DNA of 64,000 nt from Camelus ferus (taxonomy: Eukaryota): assembly GCF_009834535.1 (NCBI RefSeq), contig NC_045698.1, positions 10,294,001 to 10,358,000 on the forward strand, given 5' to 3'. The notes under the pieces were generated by a model. The model worked only from the letters and a program-made list of their open reading frames with translations, had not been told where the DNA came from and did no database searches. The position numbers and the translations under genes were made by a program. How positions within the stretch are numbered: the stretch's first letter is position 1; each line of letters begins with the position of its first letter. Shown piece by piece: positions 47,047-59,174 of this stretch.

Positions 47047-50000
47047 GTCAGCCCCGGCCCGGGCCTCCTGGCGCCCTCCTCCCCGGGTTAGGCCTCCATC
47101 CTCAGACGGGCAACTTCTGATGTTTCAGCAGATTGAGAACCACTTTCTAGTGATCGAAACAACCTCACCTTTTACTTAACAGTTTGTCTTAAAAAGAGAA
47201 CCCCACAACCTCGTAAAAGTGTGTCACTCGGTGATTTTTGGGCTCAACACGTGTGCCCTCAGTGCTCGCCATGGCTGGCACCTCATGCTTGAGACCCACG
47301 GCGAAGTACCAATGGTCACGATCACGCTGAGTTAAAGTCCGTGTGGAATCTTGGTTCCGGGCTTGTGTAAATTCTATGGTGGGCAGTTTTTTTATGTTGC
47401 CGTATTTGTATTTTCAAGATAGAATTTTGTTCTTCAGATAAGTTGAGCTAAAATTAAGTAAGAAATGTGGAGAATTTCTGCTAGTTCAGTATAGTCAAAA
47501 AAGGTTCAGTGCATTTGGCTGAGGCAGAGGCCTCGGGGGTGCATGTGCAGCGTCCTCTTCTGAAGTTACTTTGGGATCAGGGGCTTCTGCCTGGATTGTC
47601 TGTCATGGAAGATCATTTTAGGGTAGAGTCTATCTGATCCTAACTTGAACGCAAAGATTTCTGTCACTTGTGGCCTTAATTAACAGTAGCATAAGACTGT
47701 GTAAATTGTGAGTCTGGAACTCAGAGGGTCAGGAGGGTGTCAAGGGGAGGCTTGTTCCTGGGACCCCATGAGCCCTCTGGCGGCCCCTGCATCACAGGGG
47801 CCTCTTCAGGGCTGTTGGTCCCGGGTGACTCCATCTGACCTGCACTGTCTTCTGGGTCCACCTGGACTCTGGCGTGTGCCTGGTGCAGAGTAGGCACTCG
47901 ATAAAGCCGTGTTAGGCCACGGCAGACCGCACGTTCCTCAGCACAGCTTCCCCACTTGGGGAGCGCATTTTGTCCCAGTTTAGTAAGCATCAGTCCCGAG
48001 CTGGGCGGCCTGGTCCCCAGAACTGCTCAGTTTCCCAGGGCATCAGCAGGAGACCACGGACCCCGGACGCGGCCTCTCCCACCCTGGCTGACTGGCCCAG
48101 GTGCAGTCATCAGATTCCCAGCAGGAGGGACAAGCAGGAGTGTATTTTAATGTCTAGGTTCCATTTTCTTAACATTTTATTTAAAGGTAATCCAACCATA
48201 CTTCAGATTTATGGGGGCCTGATTTTATTCCTGATTAGAGATTATTTCATCATCTTTTCTCATGCCTTTATTATCTCTCTGTTGAAAGATGAAGAGTCAT
48301 TCAGCTACAGAGAACAAAACTAAATAATTCCCTTGATGGAGAGAAATAATGAAACGTGCAGTTGTTTTTTCCTTGAGTCCGCTCATTTGCCAAAAATAAA
48401 ATCATTCAGTTCATGCCGTTACAGACGATGCCCTGTCAGCCCTGTGGCCCTGCTGGGTGCTGGTCTGTCCTGTAGCAGCGGTTCCACAGGAAGTGGCTTC
48501 TAGCAGACCCATCTTGGTGGTCGCAGGCTGACTTGCAGTTTTCAGGATGGTGCCACCTGAGGCTATTGGTGGGGATGTGGCAGGTGACTTCCAGCTGCTC
48601 CCCGGGGCTGTCCGAGCCCGCATCCCTTATCTCCACCTCTGAATGTTGGCTCTCAGTCCAGGGCTTGTTCTTGTTTCTCTCTCCTTATCTCTTGCCGTTG
48701 GCATCTCCTGGCCCTGACCTCATTTCTGGTCTCCAGATTTATGGCCCCATGCTCCCTCTTTGCTTCTCTCCACTTAAGCCTTAACGAAAGCAGAACCGGA
48801 CTCAAAACTTCCCCCCTTGCCTGATTCCTACCTTTCTCTCACCTGCCCACCTTCACCCCCTCCCTGGGGCCTGATGTGGCCTGTCTGCCCTCCCGTCCGC
48901 CCCTCCAGAGCCATCACAGGAGAAAACCCAGTGTGTCCTGCCTGCAGCTCTGAACCGGTGTGCTGACTGGTGTTGCTTCTCCCACTCACTCTCCACTCCA
49001 GTCTCTTTTCTCCACCGTCCTAGACAGAAGTCCAAGATCCACCTGTGACCACCAAGGGCCCCCGCCGTCCTTCGCATCCTGCCCCTCAGCACGCGCCCCC
49101 TTTCCTCCCTAGCCCACCCCTTCTCAGCCTGCGGGCCCCTGCTTAAGATTAGGCACCCTCACTGGCCTCCCCACTCTCTCACTGGTCCTTTGTGCATGTT
49201 TCTTCCCAGTCACACGGGCAGGGCTGGAGCCTCTCCCACCCCCAGCCCCACACAGGCACGATTAGCTCTATGAATGGGAGAACTAGGGACCTTTGAATAA
49301 ACTGAGCAAAATGGCTTTCTGCCTTGATTCAGTATCAGTGTCAACATTGTTTCGGAGACGGGATGGCCATGCTTGGGCGGGTGTAGCAAAAGTAAATTCC
49401 CAGCCAGGAAGCCGCATGGTAAGTAACCCGGGTTGTGCTTTCCTTTTTTTTTTTTTTCTTCTAAAATGCCATCAAATGTGTGACATCTAAAAGAGACAGT
49501 GATGTTTCTTTTCCAACAGCAGCAAATTGCAGCGGATGACTCAGTTTATGAAGGGCAGATAGAAAAATGTCTATGTTTTTATTCTTTCTTTTTCCCATGA
49601 TATTGCTTTTTTAGATGTGTATGTTTAAATAAGTCTGATTTCACTTCGGATAGGTGAAAACAGAAGAAAAAAATGGCTTCCATCTAAAAACAAAAGAACA
49701 TATGAGTTAGACTGTCATTCTGGTTTTGTTGCAACCTGAGCCTGCGGGTCTCCTCCCAGGTGTGGTCAGCTCTCTCCTACAGCTGGGAGGTTAAGCCACA
49801 TCTCCAGCCTGTGTCTCCCAGTGCGCATTTATGCATATGGGGGCCCTCTGCAGGGGCCCCCGGAGAGCAAGTAAAGTGGACACACACCTGAGTACTTGCC
49901 GAAGTCAGGGCTAGGAAGAAAGACCTGAAGTTACACGTTGGAAAGCTGGGGATTTGCATCTGCTTTATGTTTCATTTTGTAGTTAGGACACCCCAGTAAG

Positions 50001-50336
50001 GGCCTAAAGTCCCAGGGACGGGAGCATCTCACTGCTTCATCTCACCCCTTACCCACACGGTCTCGGTGTTCTTCAAGGCGGCTGTTCGTTGTACTCAGAA
50101 ACTCTTGAACTTATTGCTGCCTAAGTGACCTGATTACAGTTTTCTAGAATGTCCTTTTTTCCTTTTAATTTCGGAATTAAGATACATGTTTGAGAAGCGC
50201 GTCTCTCTCTGAGGGAGTGTTTGTTGATGTGTGCCAGCCCGGGCTCGTGACTTCACGTTTAAATGAGAGTTCGAGGCATCGGGACTCCCTGCCCTGGGTT
50301 CCGCTGTGAACGCTTTTCCTCTCCTTCCCGCTCTAG

Positions 50337-50459
50337 GCTTTGGAGTGGATCCACGACAACGGGGAGTTCTACCTTTCCACGCACACCTCCACGGGCTCGA
50401 GCATCCAGCACACCCAGGAGCTGCTGAAGGAGCACGAGGAGTTTCAGATAACCGCGAAG
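50337..50459 (+). CDS. TRIO: TRIO coding exon (~exon 21), ends in a GC donor
   Basis: ctctag|GCT...AAG|gcaagt; 123 nt; ALEWIHDNGEFYLSTHTSTGSSIQHTQELLKEHEEFQITAK. Confidence 0.93.
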
Positions 50460-52109
50460 GCAAGTGCACTGCTGTCCAAGGGCTCGGAGGTCTGCCTGGG
50501 CTTTTCCAGAATAGCCTAGAGCAGGACGCTTCCTGTAACTAAGGTATTGCTTTAAAATACTGCTTAAGAAACAAATACCTTATGGAATTGGAGGACCAGG
50601 GTGCACCCAGTGGCCTGTTAGACGTGAACGCAGCGGTAATTCTAAAGCCTTCACACCTGTCCCGAGCTGTCCCTTCGTTTCTCTTTCCTGTCGTTCCTCT
50701 GATTCTTGCAGATGCCTCCTGCCTCCTTCCTTTAAGTTTTTCTTTCTTCTTTGTCCTTTTCCTGATTCTTCCCTTCGTTTTCTGTCCATTTTCTTTTCCG
50801 AGGTGTTTTCCGAGTGCTTGCTGTTTTTAATGGAGCACCGGTGTTAGCAGCCTGACTTAGATGTATGGGCTGCGTGTTTTCTTCCCTTGCCTTTAGGCGA
50901 TGAAAATCGTTGCAGTAGCATCGGGTCCAGCCTCCTGCATGAAGCTGCCTGTGTTTCGTAGTTGCAGAGTTTGGGTCGATTAGCTCTCAGTGGCTGCTCA
51001 TGAGTTTACAAAACTGGAGGCTTTTTCACTTTTCTGCTGAAATTCAAAATTGAATTAAATACATCCTTCTGGCTTGTGCGCTGCATGTGACTGTATTTTT
51101 AAGCAGATATGTAAGAATTTACACAGTGACGTGAAAGTTTTCCAAATTAAAGTATACCCGGCAGAAGTTGGTTCCTTTTACCTCCAAACAATTTTGAGGC
51201 TTTCAGGCTTCCGTTCTCAACCTGTGGTGTTTTTGTTTTTCAAAGTTTTGAATATACATTCTTTGTACTATTTGCAGAAGTGCCTCTGTTTTGATGATAG
51301 ATTTAAATTTTTAGAAAAACTGGAAATTAATTCAAATTTAAGAGTGAGAAATAAATGATCAAGCTGAGTAATAATTTTGGTTAAAAGGAGGTGTTCCTAG
51401 AAAGTATAAAATGATTGATTTTCTTGTGTGGCCCTTAAATTGGCTTTGGAAACAAATCAATGGGGACTTTTTAAATCATTTGGAATGACAGCAGCTCCTT
51501 TGTATTATGTTTTTTAGTAGTTTTTTATATTTTCTGTAACAATTTCTGACTCATCCTGCTGGCCTTCCCGAGCCTCTGCTCCTGGTTGCCCCCCCGCCCC
51601 CACCACCCTGGCCAAGCTGTAAGTTTATTTATTTATTCAGCCTCTGAATGCTGGGCTGTGGGAACCCCTGGTCTCTGTTCTGGAGGAGCACCCAGTCTCA
51701 GTGGGGCTGCAGACAGACTGACCACCGCGGAGCTCAATGGGGATACCTGGGGGAGGCCAGGACCACACCCAGAGGGGCCATGAGCACTCTGAGGAGGCAC
51801 CTACCCACCCGCTTGGTTGAGGGGAGCTGAGCTGTCCTGCCTCTGCAGGTAAGGAGCATGTCTTTCCCTTCCTCTAGATACAGCACGCCTTTGGCTGTGT
51901 AATTCTCATTTTTGTTAATAGGTAGATAATAAGTATAGTTATTCTCTGCGTTACATGAATTACTTTTTTTTTAAAATGTCCTTGATTATAAAGATAGTAA
52001 GAAAAATCCTAAGATACCTCTCCGAGGTAGATTTAAGATGTGCTTCTTTTCACTGACTTAAATTTCCATCAATGTTCCTCTCTGCAGACTGTGTACAGCC
52101 AAATAGTCC

Positions 52110-52185
52110 ATTTACTGCACAACTCCAGGGGGTGCCATGCACACAGAATATGATGTGAACATCACTGTCTAGAGCTGAGTAGCAG
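52110..52185. mobile_element. MER91-like palindromic DNA transposon relic
   Basis: tgcacaactccagggggtgccatgcacacagaatatgatgtgaacatcactgtctagagctg (decayed hairpin). Confidence 0.55.
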
Positions 52186-52770
52186 GGTAGCCTGTTTCAC
52201 CGTCGGAGCCTATACTAAAGGATTTTTCCATTATTCCTAAATTTCCCTTTTCCTCAAACTCGGGTTATGGTTTTGGAAGAATGAACAGTAACAGGCTTAT
52301 TTTTACCCTTACATTTTATTTAAAAATAAGCATCTAAAATCATAGGTGGCATCTGACCCTTATGTTTCCCAAATATACGGAACGGTTCCTTTCATTGGGT
52401 GTTTCATTGAATCAGTTTTGCTGACAGAAATTGGTAGATTTTGAAAAGAACACCTCTCACTTTTTTTTTCCCTTAGCATTTTCCCCTTTGGTTTCTGGCT
52501 GCCTTTCTTTTAATCAGAAAGCACCTGCTTTGGTGCTTGGAGACATCATTTAGTTTTTCTTGTTGAAATGAAGTTCTTGCTTACCTTCTGTCCCCCTATC
52601 TTAGTGTCTTCTAAGAAGCCACTTTTATTATGTAGAGAATCCTTTGCTCTGATGTGGCTTCTTCCAGTCTGGTTGTTACATAATTAGTGTTGTAACATTT
52701 TTTTGTGTTAGTGGAAATAAAGCCTCCCCCAACTAGCTAAGACATAGCTTGAGTCCTTTGCAACCCAAGG

Positions 52771-52957
52771 CAGTAATTTCTCAAAATGCTTTTGCAAGCA
52801 CTACATGCACCCAGGCCACGGCATTTACTTAAAAGCAGGTATCTGTCCCCACCTGACACGTATTGACTTGGACTCTCTAGGAGCGAGGCCTGAAAGGGAG
52901 CAAGTTTAGAAAGCTCCCTAGGTGATTTTTTTGCACACTGAAGCTGGAAATCCACTG
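52771..52957. mobile_element. MER5-like hAT-Charlie MITE
   Basis: Termini cagtaatttctcaaa ... ggaaatccactg; internal aagctccctaggtgatt; 187 bp. Confidence 0.7.
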
Positions 52958-53254
52958 CCTCACTAAGACTTTCTAAACTTCATGCTTCTACCCCCACGGA
53001 CACTGCATTCCCCATCTTCAGTGTCCCCAGCGCCAGATGCCTTACGTTGCCAGGAAGTGCCCGAGACCATCGAATGTGCAGCCTTTTTGGGTTTCTGATT
53101 ACCAGAGAGGTCGGCGAGTCTTTTGAGCATGTGGGCTTAAGCGTTCAGCCTGCCTTTGTTTTTCTCTAGTTCCTTGATTACACCTAAAGATGAGGTAGTT
53201 CAGATTAGAGTTTGTATATTTTTAAAATAAAAATCTGCTACCACTGCCCACCTA

Positions 53255-53540
53255 ACATTGAAAAGACTGACCATGTCAGATGTTGGCAAGAAGAATAGGA
53301 ACCCTCACAGACCCGTGGTGGGAATGCCAAACCATAGGACACCTGTGGTGTACGGTTTGGCAGTTTCCTAAAACTTTAATCATACACCTTTCATGGAGTC
53401 CTGCCGTGTCCCTTCCTCTGTACTAATCCAAGAGAGAGGGAAGCCAAAGAAGAGCCAGACCCACTGTGTGATTCAGTTTGTATAAAGGTCTGGAAACGCT
53501 GTTATCTGTGACAGAAAATAGATCAGTGGCTGCTTGAAGA
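53255..53540 (+). mobile_element. Old L1M fragment
   Basis: aaaagactgaccatgtcagatgttggcaag...tttggcagtttcctaaaactttaatcatacacc...agatcagtggctgct. Confidence 0.6.
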
Positions 53541-54281
53541 CTGTGGTCTCAACAGAAATCTCTAGAAAGTAATATTTCTCCAAATCAGGGTGTGGACCTT
53601 ATGCATCAGGATTAACCAGAAGGACTTACTGTAAAATTCAGTCTTAAGTTCCCACTTACGCAGAGGTTGGTTAGGAAAAAGAACTTAAATAGCACAGAGT
53701 AAGCACAATTTTGAAAACAGGCATGTTTGCTCTACTCAGGTTTGTGCTCGTTGGGTTGTGGGCATGTGGGAAGTTGACTGATGGCCTGATTTAAGAGTAC
53801 AGGGCAAAAGGAGAAAGAAAAATTATGTAAATTCATTGAGGCTCTTTTTTTCGTATAAAATCTGAGATAATAAAACTTCAGAATTTGTAAAGGAAAAAAA
53901 TAAAGAATAGAAAATAAAAATCTGCTTTCATAACAATCTCTCGTGCAAACAAGGAGGCTGCTGCGCCCCGCAGTGACGGGTTGCACAAGCTGTTACATGA
54001 ACAGCGCTGGGTGCCGAGCAGGGCTTATCACAGGCGAGCGTTTATGTCAGAAATGAAAGAGAGAAAAAATACACATCCACATCCACGCACTTGCTTGAAC
54101 CTAACGAAACCTCTTGGGAATGACACACCAGAACAGCGACACACGCGCTAACTGGAGTGAGAAGACTGCACTTTGTATCCTTTCACACCTTTTGAATTTT
54201 GAGTTGTGTGAAAGCGTTTAGAATACAGTTAAAATAAAAATCATGGGTTAGCAGATTCGTCCCACTTAATTTTAACCACAC

Positions 54282-54420
54282 CATTCATTCATTCAACAAT
54301 TTTTAATTGAGTCCCATCTATGTACCAGGAACTACACTGGGTGCTGGACTCATGGACAACACGTGCTAGTTAGAGAAACCAGCATAACATGATAAATGAG
54401 TAAATATATGTACGTACATG
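54282..54420 (-). mobile_element. L2 3' end
   Basis: cattcattcattcaacaatttttaattgagtcccatctatgtaccaggaactacactgggtgctgg. Confidence 0.7.
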
Positions 54421-54814
54421 TTAAATAAGAGAAAAAGACAGCCACGGGGAGAGGAGGATTGCCATCTTTGATAGCAGGCGTCACCGAGAAGCTGTTGACC
54501 ATCTCATTAGCATTTTTTGTTTAAATGACATTTACACATGGACAATTTATCGATCTACCAGGCCTTGAATATAGGAAATCTTTGTTCTACTTCTGGTTTC
54601 ATATAATCAGAATCAGCCTATTGGTGTTACATGCTGGCAACTAATCTGTTTTGTCTTGTGTGTTAGACCTAGTACACAGAAATCTTCCTTTAGTTTCTTG
54701 GTCGCTTTTGTTTTTTGTTTTAATTTTAGCAAGCCACGTTGTCTTTTTTGTCTTCACTTCTGTGTCCCCATCACTTAAAACATGAAATAACTTTCTTAAC
54801 CCCTTAAAGATACA

Positions 54815-55016
54815 CAGTTGGCCCTTGAACAACGTGGGTTTGAGCTGTGTGGGTCCCTTGATACTCGGGTTTCTTTCAGTAACTGTGTCCTACAGTATTG
54901 CATGGTCCGAAGTTGGCTCAGTCTGTGGATGTGGACTGTTTTGGGGGGGTCAGGGGGGAGTGAGAAATAAGGTAGGGGTCAGTGCCCCAACCCTTGAGTT
55001 GCTCAAGTGTCAGCTA
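54815..55016. mobile_element. Second MER8/Tigger2-type element
   Basis: cagttggcccttgaacaacgtgggtttgagctg ... gttgctcaagtgtcagct; homologous to 12658-12919. Confidence 0.8.
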
Positions 55017-55629
55017 TTTGCAGTGCCCTTCATGACAGTGGAAAAGAAATGCTTAAATGGTGGTAAAACACAACTTTTCTATGCTTTTCGAAAGGTTAAT
55101 ATCTTGACAAATAGCAGCAAAACCTTCTCTAGGCAACCTGATTTTTTTTAAATCCTGTATATGTCATGTTAATTCCCTCTGACACTGAAATTTAGTGATG
55201 TTTCTAACTTACATCCTTTTTGAAATTTATGCTCCCAAGTCTGAAGCTTTGACTATTTTCTTGGTGTGTAATTAGGCCCGTCTTAACACAGCCAGAAAGG
55301 TGTCATATTGATACCAAGCCTGGAGGTTTGTTTGACAGACATTTTCCTTCTAGCCCGCTCTGCTTGAGTTCATTTCCACACAAGACGAAGGCCCTAAAAA
55401 TTTTCAGAGTGTTTTAAGTTTTGCTGACTTTCTCCAATAAACAGCTTTGATACAGTTCGCAAAAGTGATTTCTTTTTCCCCCACAGATATTAGTGATATT
55501 AGTCCCTTGAGCTCTGTTTTCCTGTGTGTTTTGGTAAAGTGTACTCATGCCAGTTCACAGTAACTACCACTCCCATTAAAGTTACAGGTGTATACACGCT
55601 TACATAAGGAACCTAATGTTAATTTATTA

Positions 55630-56010
55630 TCTCAGTAAATATTTGCTGAGTGTCCACCATGTGCCGGACACAAAAAAAGTGTGTGAGATATTAGTGAGCA
55701 AAACCAACACACACCCCTGGTCAGTGGCAGGTTCATGTTCTCACCAGAGGGGAGACAAAGTATCTTGACAAGTAAATTACACCAACTTGGAGGTGATGCG
55801 CTCTTTGCGGCAGAGCAGAGGGAGGGAGGGAGGGAGCCCGGGGCAGGGAGGCAAGTTGCACTTCTAAGGGAGTCAGGGAGGCCCATTGAGAAGTGACCTT
55901 TATTTCAGCAAAGACTTGAAGGAGCCGTTGAGACATCTAGGGGAATAGCATCCTGGCGGAAGGGGCACCGTGCACAGAACGTGCACAGAACAGAAGGCGA
56001 GCAAGCCTGG
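55630..56010 (-). mobile_element. L2 (L2a-like) 3' region
   Basis: tcagtaaatatttgctgagtgtccaccatgtgccggacac...gtcagggaggcccattgagaagtgacc...cagcaaagacttgaagga. Confidence 0.7.
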
Positions 56011-57183
56011 AGTGGGGGTGGGTGAGCTGGACCCTGTTGGGGAGGCCTGGAGGTTCATGCGGGGTTGAGGGATGTTAACAGCTGGCTCTGCCGGCTGCCT
56101 AGTGAGTTCTGGTCAAAACTTTTATTGTACAAACTAAGATAGTTTATCCAGGTTTTGAACCCTGACCTTCTCCCTTTGAGAGATTTTTAAAGTCAATTTC
56201 CTGAATATTAGTCATAACGATTTTCTAGTTAAAGCCTGAGAAAAGCAGGTCCCGTAGCAGAAGAGAAACGCTGCTCATGTGAAATGCCAGCGGGAGTGTT
56301 GAAGGAAGCCTACAGTAATAACAGATGAAATGGTAACAATCTATAAGCAGCAAGGAATAATAAATGAAGTAGATGTGGCAAAAGATCTGTTGGAAAACCG
56401 GAGTTGAGAGAAGTTCCTGCCATATCTATGTAGAGAGAACCAGTGTCTTATGGTCATCCCTAGCTATAAAAAGCAAGAAAATTGTACTTAAAGCTCTTTT
56501 CTAAATACATATAAAATGAAATAAATTTATTTTTAAGAGAAAGTTTATTAACAAGGAACAAGTTTAAATTACCTCTGTGAAGCCGCCTTCCTGACTACTG
56601 TCGCCTTCTCCGGATCTACTGAGAACTGAAGCATTGGTGAACGCTCCGTGGTGGGGCTTCCTCAGGGATTTGGCTGTGTCTGCAGGGGGCCCTTTGTCAC
56701 ACAGGCTTCAGGAAAACCAGGCTCTCAGCTGGCTGCCCCCCTAAAAGGGCTCTCAGTCTCACTGGGGACATGGAGTAAACAAGTGTGAGACCAGGCGGTG
56801 TCCTTGTAACCATCACATATGGCCTTCATGGGAGAAGAGTCAGGGGGTTGCTGGCTGACCATCCTGTGTGCATGTTTGCCTGCTCATTCTGCGGATTTTG
56901 ACTGAGCATCTCCTAGATGAAGACATTGTCTGAAGGCAGCCTGGACTTTTTCCTTGAGGTCATAGAAATGGCCTTCATTGTGGTGGGAGAGCCGAGGCAG
57001 GTTAGCCAGTCTAGAATTAGGGAGATGAATTTGATGGACTGAGGGTTTTCGTCTCGGTTTCTGCCGCCAGCAGTGATTTTCCTGTTCAGAGCTCCGAGTT
57101 GTAGGCAAGTTGCCACTGTGTTTCTGGTTTCTGGTGGTTGGGTTCATTTGCTTCACAATACTTTCCTGTTGTTTTTTTTGCAG

Positions 57184-57378
57184 CAAACCAAAGAGAGAGT
57201 GAAGCTATTGATACAGCTGGCCGATGGCTTTTGTGAAAAGGGGCATGCCCATGCGGCCGAGATAAAAAAATGTGTCACTGCAGTGGATAAGAGGTACAGA
57301 GATTTCTCTCTGCGGATGGAGAAGTACAGGACCTCTTTGGAGAAAGCCCTGGGGATTTCTTCAGATTCCAACAAATCG
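57184..57378 (+). CDS. TRIO: TRIO coding exon (~exon 22), last spectrin repeat
   Basis: ttgcag|CAA...TCG|gtaaat; 195 nt; QTKERVKLLIQLADGFCEKGHAHAAEIKKCVTAVDKRYRDFSLRMEKYRTSLEKALGISSDSNKS. Confidence 0.96.
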
Positions 57379-57476
57379 GTAAATTGCTTTGTGCAAACTG
57401 AATAAATTACCGTTTTCTTCTTCGTGTTCTGTTTGTCGATTTAATTAACTGAAGTTCATTGACTCCCTTGTTCCAG

Positions 57477-57592
57477 AGTAAAAGTCTTCAGCTCGATATA
57501 ATTCCAGCCAGTATCCCTGGGTCAGAGGTGAAGCTTCGTGATGCCACTCATGAGCTTAATGAAGAGAAACGGAAGTCTGCGCGCCGGAAAGA
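57477..57592 (+). CDS. TRIO: TRIO coding exon (~exon 23), linker before DH1
   Basis: ttccag|AGT...GA|gtaagc; 116 nt, phase 0/2; SKSLQLDIIPASIPGSEVKLRDATHELNEEKRKSARRK(E). Confidence 0.95.
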
Positions 57593-57965
57593 GTAAGCTA
57601 GTCTTTAAGAACCTGCCAGGATTCATGGAGAGAGTGAAGAAATGTCACTGGGCAGACATGCTTGCTTCTGTGTGTGCTTTGAAACCGAACAGCATTCATC
57701 CTTTGCTCTGCTCTGAATGCTCTTAGTTTCTGCAGCACAATCTCCACAGTTCCCCTCGTCGCCTGATTCAGAAACACTGTCTTGTTTTTGTCCATGTGCC
57801 CCCATTTCGTATGGGGTTGACAACTTGTTTTAGTGTCATTTGTCCTCAGTAGGACATGAATGATAATACTAAGGAGAAGAAACCAGTAACACAAGTGCAG
57901 ATGTTGGAAGCTGCCAGTTAGCAAGTGACACTAGGTATCAATAGCGACAAAAGATTGCTTTAAAC

Positions 57966-58163
57966 CGGTGGTTCTCAGTTGGGCACTGCTTTGTCCCCCC
58001 GGAGGGACACTTGGCAATGTGTGGAGACATTTTCAGTTGTCACACAGTGGGGGCTGGGGAAGTGCTACTGGCATCTCGTGGGCGGAGACTGGGGATGCTT
58101 CTGAACGTTTCGTAACGCACAGGACAGCCCCAAATGTCAGCAGTGCCAGGTGGAGGAGCCCCC
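57966..58163. mobile_element. MER20 hAT-Charlie element
   Basis: cggtggttctcagttggg...gggacacttggcaatgtgtggagacattttcagttgtcaca...tgctactggcatctcgtggg...gcacaggacagccccaaatgtcagcagtgcc. Confidence 0.85.
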
Positions 58164-58388
58164 ATCTGAAGGTGCCTCACCCACATTTTTTCCAAAGTGT
58201 TTTTTCCTTTGAATTGGTGACTGGCTACTGTTCTTCTTCTGTCTGTTCTTGATTTAGTTCTCCAGAGCGCATTACTGACTAACGCTTTTAAAACCACCTT
58301 GTCATTTCATAAGCCATGAAAGTGAGTAGTTAAAATAAGCATGTGTCCTGGCTGAACTAAACCATTCACCGTCTCCCTCTGTTTTAAG

Positions 58389-58455
58389 GTTCATAATGGC
58401 TGAGCTCATTCAGACTGAAAAGGCTTACGTAAGAGACCTCCGGGAGTGTATGGAT
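58389..58455 (+). CDS. TRIO: TRIO coding exon (~exon 24), start of DH1
   Basis: tttaag|GTTC...GAT|gtaagt; 67 nt, phase 2/0; FIMAELIQTEKAYVRDLRECMD (DH conserved region 1). Confidence 0.95.
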
Positions 58456-59064
58456 GTAAGTAAGTTTTGTTGCTTGTTTATTTCGACTGCATGTTGTCCT
58501 GCGGTTTATTCTTACCTGCTGGCAGTTCTTAAAATGATCACACATTTGGTAGTGGTAGTTGAGATTTAAAGTGTGCATGAGCGGCCTTCTGTGTGTGCTT
58601 CTGCACTTCTGTGAAGTTCTAGGCGTGTTTTGGCTCATTGCAGAGATGATACAGCATTAATGCTCTCATTCCTTTAGTCACATGACGGCCTGGCTGACAG
58701 TCTGTTTGTGTAGAATTTTACAGCAGCTTCAGAGAAACGCGCCTACCGATTATGATTGGCAACGGATGCTCAGTAGTTTAGCGAATATTTGTTGTACCTT
58801 GTGGACTAGGTTAATTCCAAAATTTGAAACCGAGAATATGCTTAGAGCTGAAAAGTATAGAAGCTATTCTCAGGTATTAATAGCAAAATTGGTTTTTTGG
58901 TTTTTTTTAAATAGTTTCTCATGTTGTTTTGTAAAAGGTTCCACTCCTAAGATACATTTTCCATTACACATTAACTCCGGGTATGTATTTACAGGTATCA
59001 GGAGTAGCTGTTCTTGAAAACATGTGGGTTTTTGTCTAACCCTCTCCGTTTCCCTCCCGGCCAG

Positions 59065-59174
59065 ACCTACCTGTGGGAAATGACCAGCGGCGTGGAGGAG
59101 ATCCCGCCTGGCATTGTGAACAAAGAGCTCATTATCTTCGGGAACATGCAGGAAATCTATGAATTTCACAATAA
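59065..59174 (+). CDS. TRIO: TRIO coding exon (~exon 25), DH1
   Basis: ggccag|ACC...AA|gtgagt; 110 nt, phase 0/2; [36 protein letters not shown](N). Confidence 0.96.

Noticed and set aside
48520..49270. Possible L2 relic
   Set aside because: Pyrimidine-rich and L2-like in places, but too degenerate to call or bound by eye.
52110..52185. miRNA-like hairpin or CTCF site (ctccagggggtgcc)
   Set aside because: Explained by a decayed MER91-like palindrome with poor residual pairing.
58456..58465. Tandem donor gtaagtaagt after exon 24
   Set aside because: The second GT is +4 and frameshifting, and the first is a full consensus; a common chance pattern.
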